Positions 1 to 10,078 of a stretch of 64,000 bases of DNA are shown here, piece after piece (the first letter of the stretch is position 1; every line of letters starts with the position of its first letter). The stretch comes from Orbicella franksi (Eukaryota). The stretch is from assembly GCA_964199315.1 (NCBI GenBank), contig OZ116710.1:4278001-4342000 (forward strand), read 5' to 3'. A model generated the notes under the pieces. It ran no database searches and was not told where the DNA came from. It was given only the letters and a program-made list of their open reading frames with translations. Position numbers and translations under genes: made by a program.

Positions 1-1029
1 TACTTTTTGCCAAGGGCAATATTCTTTGCAGTTATTCTTAAAATGTGCGTCAGTTTCAGATGTGTGCAGAGCAATCAGTTTATCGAAAGAATCAGTTTTA
101 ATCCAGATTGCAAACAAAACTGCAAGTGTAAAATCGTCCGGACCATTATTGACCGTTGTTATTTCCCACAATAGCAGACAATCGCGAAACGAAACTTAAC
201 CAAAATGACCATAAAAAATTAAGATCTTTATTTTAACGTATTGCTAGCATTAATTTAGAGATAGAGTAAAATGAGAGGTGAAAAATTCTGATTTCTTTTT
301 AAAAAGAGTCACTCTTGATATGTTAAAATATTGAGGCCTGATTATGTAATCATTATTAGTCTATGAACTACGTGATGCAACAATTTCTATCCATTAAATA
401 AGACATGCAAGGAAAAGTAAACAAAATCAGGGGGTGCGAGAACAATGAAACATTTACTGTTTCCGTAGAAAGCAGTGCTTTAACTGGTTTATTTAGATAT
501 TTATATACTCATCTTCAGAATTCAATAAATTTTTGGTCACCACTTTCTATCCTACGCAGAAGTTTAAAGTGGGAAAGTTCTACTTCTACGCCTTCAGTCA
601 CAGCGTGAAGCGGATCTCTACAACGAACCCCCGAACCTCTACGGAGAAGAGAGTGGTCACACGAGTGCTGTACAAGAATTCGATCGTAGACAACGGAAAG
701 TGGACTACTTTATTTGTAAGTAGACGACTTCATTTGTAAAAAATTGCTTTCATTTAGTCAAAATCCTCGTCTCTTATAGCTCATGGTGTAACTTAGCGTT
801 GCTGATTTCTGTATTTTTCTGTATGGGTTCAACTGTTTGTCTTGATTCATGATCGGTGCTTTACTAATTGACTCAGTCAAACGCGCGCCAACGATCACGT
901 TTCGTTTCAGTGAAAATAGACGCGCTGTTTTCGCTGAACGGAAAGGCGATGGCTTATTAGCATCAGCATAACCACTGTTTATCAGTTATCGTTTGATAAA
1001 TAAAGCGCAGATTATGAGCGCATTTTCGT

Positions 1030-1546
1030 GCTAGTGTTGCATAACGTATTACAAATTTAGCCGCCAAAAATAGAAACTAGACTCATTAATAAGAAACATT
1101 AAATTTCAGAAATTTTCTCCTAGAAAACACTGGAAAAAGAAGACCTAGTTGCCTTCAATTTATTAAATTGGATTGGGTTCTTAAAGTCGACTGGAAAAAC
1201 ATTAACCAGATTAAACGAAAAGTAGTCATGGCTGAACAAACGCCATGTTACTGAAATCTTGCATATTAATTTAGCCACCGAAGAAACACATGCGCCACTA
1301 TGTGAAGGATTTCAATGGCATGGTTCGGCGATTGTTCTTTCAATCAGCCATGACCAATTTTTGGTACATCTGGTTAGTGTTCAGTTTAAGTCGATTTCAA
1401 GGGCGCAGCAGGATTTCATTGATTGAAGACGATGAGTTCGTCCTTTGTTGAGTTTTTAGGAGAAAATGTCTGAAATTCCTTTCTTTTTAATTAAATTAGT
1501 TCCTATTTTTGGCGGTTAAATTTCTGGTACGTCATGCAAAGTTAGC
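1030..1546. mobile_element. Long-TIR non-autonomous DNA element (inverted arms of ~100 bp)
   Basis: 1030-1130 (GCTAGTGTTGCATAACGTATTACAAATTTAGCCGCC...) is the diverged reverse complement of ~1450-1546 (...GGCGGTTAAATTTCTGGTACGTCATGCAAAGTTAGC). No clear TSD. Confidence 0.55.
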
Positions 1547-3856
1547 ACCATAATGCATGTTAATGTATTTTAGAATGCATCACTATATGGCGGGAAATAG
1601 AGGTGTATTCTCCGATTACTCTTTTGCGCTTGCCAAGCTAGGGCAACGTGTAGTTTATTCTTAGGATGTGTTTCAGTTTTAGATGTGTTCAGAGCAATCA
1701 GTCTACCGAGAGAATCAGTGCAGTGATTGCAAACAAAACTTTAAGTGTACAATCGTCTGGACCGTTATTGACAGTTGTTATTTCCTGCAGATAATCGTGA
1801 GGCGAAACTTAACTAAAATGTCCGGTACCCATAAAAAAAGAAAGACCTTTATTTTAATTAACATGCATATTGCTGGAGATAGAGTGAAAAGGGATGTGAA
1901 ATATTTTGATATGTTAAAATATTGAGGCGTGATTATACGTGATTAACCATGATTAGTCTATGAACTACGTGTTGCAACTATTTCAATCAATTAATTAAGA
2001 CATTCAAGGAAAAGTAAACAAAATCAGGGGGTTTCCAAGAACAGAGAAGCATTTGCTCCTTTCTGTAGAAAGTAGCTCTTTTAAAATTACAATATACTGT
2101 CTACTTTACTGTCCAAGTTGATAATTAGTTAAGTCTTAGGCGCGTATTTTGTCAACTGGTTGACGTAGATATTTCTGTACTAATCTTCAGTGTTCAATAA
2201 ATGTTCAGTCGCCTCTCTCTCTTTTCTCCGCAGAAGCTTAAAGTGGGAAAACTCCGCTGACCTTTTCACTGCTGCGCCTTCAGTCACATTAGGGGATCTC
2301 TATAACGAACCCTCGAACCTCTACAGAGAAGAGAGAGTTGACACGCGTGTTGTACAAGAGTTCCATTGCAGAAAGTAAGTGGACTTTTTTATTTGTAAGT
2401 ATACAACTTTATTTATAAGATATTGTTTTTATTTAGTCGAAATCCACGTCTCTTATAGCTCATGATGCAATTTAGTGTTGCGAGTTCTGTAGTTGTCTGT
2501 ATGGGCTCACTGTTTGTATTAACTCATGATCGGTAATTTATTAACTGACTTAACCAAACGAAGCGCCAACTGATAGAGCAGTGGTTATACGGCAAATCAC
2601 TGATATCAGTGAAACGAGTGTTATGACATACGATCGGTTTTCCTTTCAGTGGAAATAGTACATTTATTTCGTGGACGGCTAAATTAATATACAAGATTTT
2701 AGCGATATAGCGTTTGTTCAGCCATGACCGCTTTTCGTGTTATCTGGTTAATATTTTCCAGTCCACTTCAAGAACGCAATCTAATTTGATAAAGTGAAGG
2801 CAATGAGCTCTTCTCTTTCGACACTACAATTCTAAGGAGAAAATTTCTGAAATTTAATGGTTCTTTTAATTATCTAGTTTCTATTTTGCGGTTAAATTTG
2901 TAATACGTTATGCAACATTAGCTCGAAAATGCGGGAAAATAGTATGAAAATGCGCTCATGATCTGTGCTTTATTTATTAAACAATAACTGATAAACAGTG
3001 GTAATGCTGATGCCAAACAAGTATTGAAATATAACCATCGCTATTCCGTCCAGCAAAAACAGCGTGTCTATATGAAGGGTTTCAGTTGTTCCTTCAATCA
3101 GCCATATGGCCAATTTTTGGTTCATCTGGTCAGTATTCTTGCAATTTAGGTCGATTTCAAGAACGCAATCAGATTTCATTGATTGAAAGGGAACGAGTTC
3201 CTCTTTTGTTGAGTTTTTAGGGGAAAATGCCTGAATTCATTTAGTTCCTATTTTTGGCGGTTAAATTGCTGGTACGTTATGCAACGTTAGCACGATAATG
3301 CATTTTAATGTATTTTAAATACATTACTTTATGGCGGGAAATAGAGGTGTATTCTCCGATTACTTGTTTACCAAGGGCAATATTTTTTGTAGTTTATTCT
3401 TAGGATGTGCTTCAGTTTTAGGTGTGTGCAGAGAAATCAGATTATCGAAAGAATCAGTTTAGTGATCGCAAACAAAAGTGTAAATGTAAAATCGTCTGGA
3501 CCATTAATTGACCGTTGTTATTTCTCACGATAGCAGACAATCGCGAAGCGAAACCCCATAGAAAAGAAAGGCCTTTATTTAACAGTGGTTATGCTGATGC
3601 CAATAAAACGAGTATTGAAATATAACCATCGCTATTCCGTTCAGTGAAAACAGCCTGTCTATGTGAAGGATTTCGGCGACATGGCGTTCGGCGGTTGTTC
3701 CTTCAATCAGCCATGACAAATTTTTCGGTCCATCAGGTTAATCAAGTCGACTTCAAAAACGTAGTCTGATTTCTTTGATGGAAGGCAACGAAGTCTTCTT
3801 CTTTTGAGTTTTTAAGGAGAAAATTTCTGGAATTTAAAGTTTCCTTTTGATTAGCA

Positions 3857-4190
3857 TAGGTAATCGCGTGAATGCAAGTGCAATCGATCAAGGATTTACA
3901 CTACGGTGATATTTGAAAATTATCTCAAAATTGCATGAGCCTTTACTGAGGCGAGTGTAATCTGAAAGAATTTTAAAATATCACGTGTTGTGTAAATTAT
4001 TAATACCTCATTCTTCCTACTATTGCTCATTTTAATAATATTGAGTATGTCGATGTAGATGTAGATGTAGACTCAGGAAATCACGAACGTGCGCGCGTTA
4101 ATTTGCACTGCAGTGCAAATTTAAAAGAGTTAACGATAAATTGCCTTGCTCTCAACCAATCATTGTGAAGAAATTTTTTCAAATAATAAA
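3857..4190. mobile_element. Interspersed repeat inserted into one array unit
   Basis: Interrupts the module that is contiguous in the other copies; the module resumes at ~4200. It starts TAGGTAATCGC and ends near CCTTGCTCTCAACCAATCA, resembling a common anthozoan non-autonomous element (recalled). Confidence 0.6.
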
Positions 4191-5199
4191 TTTGGTTTCT
4201 ACTTTTTTTTTTTTTTTTTTTGATTTTTGGCCGTTAAAATTGTGATGCGCTATGCAACATTAGCACAATAATTAATGCCTTGACTCAAGTTGTGCGCTTC
4301 ATTAATTAAACAAGGTGCCAACTGATAAAACAGTGCATAGTTACTAACTACGAACACTGTTTATATAGCAAATCAATCGATCAATCCTTTATTTGATAAC
4401 GTAGGAAAGTAGGACAATGATGCCAATTAAACGAGAATTAAGATATAAAGATTACTTTTCCTCTCCGTGAAAACAGTGTAGTTATTTCTTTGACAACCTA
4501 ATGAATGTAGGATTTCAACAACGTGGTTGTTCCTTCAATAATCAGCCGTTACTAATTTTCGGTTCATCCGGTGTCTCCAGTTAATGTGTTTGAGTCAATT
4601 CCAAAAAAGTAGTCGGATGTCTTTGATCGATAGCAATGAGGTCTTCCTTTCTGGAGTTTTTTTAGTAGAAAATTTCTGAAATCCAATGTTTCTTTTTGAT
4701 TAATTTAATTTCTACTTTTGGCGGTTTAATTTGTAATACGTCATGCAATGTTAGCACGATAACGTATTAAATACATTACTGTATGGCGGGAAATAGAAGC
4801 GAGAACTCCGATTTTATTACCTGTTTTTTAGTTAGCAAAGTGCAATGCTTTATAGTTTACTCTTAGGATCTGCTTCAGTTTTAGATGTGTGTAGGACTAT
4901 CGGTTCATCAAAAGATTAGTTTAGTGATCGCAAACAATACCGGAGTCGTAGAATCGTCTGGACTGTTATTTTCTGCAACAGCAGACAGTCGTGAAGCAAA
5001 ACTAATGCATCAGTCAATTTAAATTACAGACACTCGACCCCCGGGACATGACGGCGAATTTGGCATTTACTCTTTCAAAAACCGCTAATTTTCATTCTTC
5101 ATTATTACAGCGGATTACATAATTCAATAACAGAATAATTTTATATCATAGCTAGCAGAGCCGTGCAATTAATACTTAGCATACGTAAGCGTGTAGCGT

Positions 5200-5330
5200 T
5201 TATCAAAGAGATTCCATGTTGTCGTGTGTCTGTTCGGTAATAGATTATAGATGAGGTCAAAATGTGGTAAGAACAAAAAAGTGGCGAACGAGCCCAAAAG
5301 GCGAATGTGGCACTTTTGATCGAAAGGCCA
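5200..5330. mobile_element. Truncated copy of a palindromic MITE (same family as 62860-63055)
   Basis: GATTCCATGTTGTCGTGTGTCTGTTCGGTAAT...AAAATGTGGTAAGAACAAAAAAGT matches the left arm of the copy at ~62870-62940. Confidence 0.7.
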
Positions 5331-6061
5331 GCTTCACTAACTCACCGCGACAATAAATTTACCTCGATCAAATTCAAGTTGTTAAAAAATTTCTCAAACT
5401 TCATCCAGCTGGTAACCATGTTATGTATATATCAGAAAAATGGAATTAAAAATAGGGATCGCCGTGCTCGTTTTTGCACAACATGGATAGTCTTTTTAGC
5501 AACTTTGCTGCCGACTAGGTTGTCATTACTTAACCTTAGTTAGTAGAAAGGGGCACTAGAAATTCTAAGAAAAGCACTTATTGGATTAGTTTATTAGGGA
5601 AGTTAAACAAAATAGGCCCTGAACTTACATTTTAAACCATGTTAACTAAACAGGAGTTACGATTATACTACAAACTTAAGAATTTTCTGCGTGCTCACCT
5701 ACCCAGCACTACCTAAACACGGGTTCTTTAGAGCATTAAAATCAAAATATTTATAAGCAGAATTTTAAACTTTTCTTCAAATCGAGACATATTGTAAATA
5801 ACCTTGTGTAATTTAAATTCATGCATTAAAAAGTGGGGGTCACCGTGCTCGTTTAAGAGAAAACGAGCATTTATTTCGCGGTCGAGCTTAGCTTGAGGGA
5901 AATCTCTTACGTTGTATTCGTGCACGCGCTTATGTGCGCGCGCTAATGACGCGAAAATCGCGCGCAGTAGGGATGCCCAATGCAATACTGACGAATCACC
6001 TTAAAACGCTGAGTGTCTCCCTTGTCCTCCTACGCAGCCCAATAGTTTCTTTAGAGTCTAG

Positions 6062-6487
6062 TATTGATCCCAGACGTTTGTTGGAATCGCTTTTTTTTCA
6101 GGCTGTTACACGCGCCTTTGGTTTCAGATACTTATTCAAAAATGGTGATCACGTGATGACAATCGTCTCTTGGCTACAGTTTGCCGCACGCTGTCGTAAA
6201 TTTCTCAAAAGTACCAAGTTCAAAGTAAATCTTATCCTTGCGATGGATTTTGCAACTGTCGAACAATTCTCTGTAACATAGCTTGAATTTTATCTTGCTA
6301 GAAAGTGTGAAAAGCTGCAACCAACTTGTAAACAAACTGTAAAGCAGCTTCCCCGAGGAGAGATTCACTCATCACACGATCATGAAACTCGTCATCACGT
6401 GATCACTTTTTTCAATCACGTGAATGAAACCAACGGTGCGATCAACGGCCTGGAAAAAGCTGTTTCAGCAGACATCTGGGATTAATA
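6062..6487. mobile_element. MITE with ~19-bp TIRs just upstream of the NLR coding exon
   Basis: TIRs TATTGATCCCAGACGTTTG / CAGACATCTGGGATTAATA. A colinear diverged second copy lies at 38416-38870. Confidence 0.85.
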
Positions 6488-6554
6488 ATAACACTTTCGT
6501 TTAATGTTTTTTTGTTGTTGTTGTTGGATTAGGAAACAAAACTGGTTTTTTCCA

Positions 6555-9500
6555 ATGGCTTCTGCTCCACCGCCAGTGACATCCACCAAGGAAACAACCA
6601 ACTTTGCAAGGCTGTGTCGTCTGCTGGTTGACGTTGGTTCCCAAGCCCTGAGGGATAAATTCGACAGTATCCATGCACCAGGAAATCTTCACACAGTTTT
6701 GGCAAGAAGTAAGACCACCATACAATCGCTAAGGAAAAAGAGAATCGTTAATCCAATGCAGTGGAGTAAACTGTACCCTGCCGTACCCTCTTCGCTATCA
6801 TCGGCACACTTTGACATCACTGTAATAGTTGTCCTGCTGAGGAACATATGCGGATTGAAACCTCCAGTGACTGGTTGGGACAAACTTCCTTCTCCCGGAG
6901 ACATAAGTTGTGAGGCTGACATTGTCCGTGTCAAGTATTTTAGAAACACCATTTATGGACATGCTGAGAAGGCGTCTGTGGATGATGTGACGTTCCAACA
7001 GTATTGGCATGACATCCGAGAAGCATTAGTGAGATTAGGAGGGGCCCAGTATGCAGTAGCTATCGACAAGCTCAAGACCGAATCCATGGACCCGGAACTT
7101 GAAGATGAGTTCATAGATCTTCTCAAGGAGTGGAAGAAGGACGATGACGACATAAAAGACAGGTTGTCAGAAGTGGAAACTGAGCTCAAGAAGGTGAAAG
7201 TGCAAGTTGACGCGATGATCCCTCCAAAGGAAGGTTAGTTTTGTCATATTTATGTTGTGCGGATCAACTACCCTACTTTGCATTGCAACTTAATATCCTC
7301 GCAACGACTGAAGGGTTTTTTGATTTCTCAGATCTAGCAGGCCGGAAAGAATAGCTATTTCCGGGTTGCCCTCTGCTTCTGCGTCAAAACGAGTCCTCAT
7401 GCAAAACTGTCTATGTGCAAAACAGTTTGATTTGCATGAAATAAACGTGCAGGTGAAACACATTTTCATATGAATGAACACTCTTTAGTGCAGAAGCAAA
7501 TGGGCAACTCGGAAATGACCTATTGTCTCTCACTCTAGAAAAAATCTACAGGCGTTCTATAACGAATTCTGTTCTCCTATTGGCGATGCTAATCGCTAAC
7601 TATCCTGTTGTAGAACGTGAATAGCCTTGCGGTACTCGGTTGTTGACAAAATGGCGGTCATTTTGCATTTTTGAAGTGTCTGTGAAGAGGATTTAGATCA
7701 TTACTAACGGAGGCGAATACAGGGAAGACAAACGTTTTGACGAAATTTGAAACAATTAGTTCCATACGAAACTCTACAAATTTCTCCGAATGATGCAGGC
7801 ACGAAAAACCGTACAGACCTAAATCTTCGCGAGGTTGTTTTTATATCATTCTTCTATCATATCTCAGACTCTTGACTTAATTTATTGGATGGTTGCCGCC
7901 TTTATTTGTGATGGCATGACAGTGACACCAGCAATAGGAAAGACGAAATTTGAGATAACTCTGGTGATATACATAGGAGAGCAAGAATCAAGTAGTTCAA
8001 GCTATCTCATACACCTACAGACAGTCTGAAAAGCAGGTCAAGCTACAACCACAACATTTTCATCTTACCTGGAAGGTCACACCTATCTATTGCTCTAAAA
8101 TTTCCTCTATCTTCTTCTGAATCTGCCTGTCATTCAGGGGGAGAGAATTTCGTGTGCCAATAATCTTGACAGGCTCTCCTTGCACTGTTTGAATTCTAAT
8201 CTCTTTTGAAGGTGCAAGTTTATTGCTTTGTTTCTTCCCTTCACTAAGGCAGACTTTAAACTTCACAGCTTGAAAAGCCATCTGACTCCATCCGTCCTCG
8301 TTGCTCAGTGAAACGCATAAGGCCTCTACAGTCTTTCTCCCCAGCTGATGCGGTCTTGTGTCGCCTTCATTCCAGGTCAGATACATGGACTTAAGTTCTT
8401 TCTCCGCTGACCTTCTCCAAATTTGTCGTGGTCTTCCCCGTTTTCCTTGTCACAGAACAAACCTTCTTCGGCACCACTGCCGGAGTCCAATCCATGTTCA
8501 TTTCCTTTGGCTCATGTCCACCATAATGCCCTCTTGTTTACAGCTATTTCGTGCGTCCGAGTTGGATATTTACAGTGGCCAGCTCATGAATTGTACAATG
8601 GGAGCATACCCAAAGACAAAAACCCTCAGCTTTTTAGCTGACCCACTGAATCTGATTCTTCAGCCTTCATGAAGGACTTCAAGAAAGACATAAACCTCAC
8701 CAATCGCCGCCCCCTAACCATACTACTGAGTCCCTGTGACGCCATCTCAATGGGCACGACCAAGAGTGAAGCAAACGTACGGTCAGTCTCAACGGGCTGC
8801 TACTTGTAGTGGAATAACCTAAAGAGAGCCACATCTGAAACGCATCATGTTACCCGCTACCTGTCCACTCTGTCTCCACGCTGCTCTGTCTCTGGCTACA
8901 GTTCTCATCTCGCTCCATGTCCACTCTAGCCATTCCCTGGGTAGAGTTCAGACAAAGAATGACCCTATCACTATCTCGCGCAGATGAAGCTCGTGAGCAT
9001 GTACAGCACTGCAGTAATCTAAGGGAAAGAAAACCCTGACCGAAAACCGACCTCCTTCAGGTCTTGAAGGTTAGGCATCTGGCTAATCATCCGCTCCTAG
9101 AAAACATTTGTGATTACCGAAACCGTAAGCACTCTAGCGAAACGCATCATAGTAGTTTTTTAATAAACTGGACGCCCTCGCGGTAATGTAGAAGAACTCC
9201 CGAACTGAAAAAGAACAATTATGTGTTACTAAGCCATAAGCGTTACTAGGTTCAGGCCAGATTGCATGTAGATCTCTCTTCGAACGTCTGTATCTCTGGA
9301 TGGTATTCCAAACCATAGAGGCATTTTCTACACAAACCAGAAACCCGGCATTACAGCTTCCAACCCATTCTCTACTACAAAGGTTGTTAAAGATGATTTT
9401 TCCTTACAAATTATATCAATTAATATTGGCTAGAACTTTTGAAGACTCTTGGTGAAGTGCTTCCGTTTCATCCCCTTTTCTTTTTTTTATCGTCGAACAC

Positions 9501-10007
9501 ACTCTGCCCTCTACCCCGTCGGGATCACCACCTTGTAGTGTTGGGGCGGATTTCATATCTGTATTACCCTTAGAGCTATGCCTTTGAGAGTTCTAAACCC
9601 CTGGTAGGGTCACCCATGCCGGACAGGTCGAAAGGCAGAGGCCAGACGAAGAGTGGTCCCCTGGTCCTCCAGGTTGGGGGTTAGGTGTAAGGCGTAAGAC
9701 GCTCCTTGATGTCAAAGTTATGGGGGAGCGAGTATTGAATCTGATTATCTCCTAGTGACTGGAAAATTTAGAATGAAGCTTGCTGCGAAGAGGCTAGTAG
9801 GAGGCACCTGCCGGAAAAGATTCAATACAGCTAAACTGGAGGATATGGGGTTGCGAGAAGAGGTCACAGTGACACTAAAGAACAAATTGAAGTTTTTACA
9901 GATGAGGATGTAGATGATCAGGATGTAAATACAAGATGGCAGCACAGCAAGAGAACCTTTGTGGGTACCTTTGTGCCACCTATCCGCTATCTGCCAGCTC
10001 CATCTTC

Positions 10008-10078
<71 letters not shown>

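Larger units (their letters stand above)
1..5000. repeat. Diverged complex tandem array (units of ~1.46-1.74 kb built from three recurring modules)
   Basis: Anchor GATGTG..CAGAGCAATCAG recurs at ~59, 1682, 3421 and 4884. Anchor (G)GCGGTTAAATT and variants recur at ~1511, 2888, 3256, 4229 and 4720. An exon-like module recurs at ~560 and ~2234. An inverted copy of the GGCGGTTAAATT module lies at ~1030-1130. Confidence 0.9.

Noticed and set aside
1-5000. Repeat-spacer-like pattern suggesting a CRISPR-like array
   Set aside because: Units are hundreds of bp long, diverged and unevenly spaced; there are no cas genes and the context is eukaryotic.
6504-6554. In-frame upstream ATG giving an MFFCCCCW... 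extension (possible palmitoylation motif)
   Set aside because: The Cys run comes from a (TGT)n T-rich tract ending in TTAG, which looks like a 3' splice site. MASAPP at 6555 is the more typical start.
8087-8386. 99-aa ORF as a host gene
   Set aside because: It is a chimeric junction of an RTE C-terminus and a HERO/NeSL-like RT fragment.
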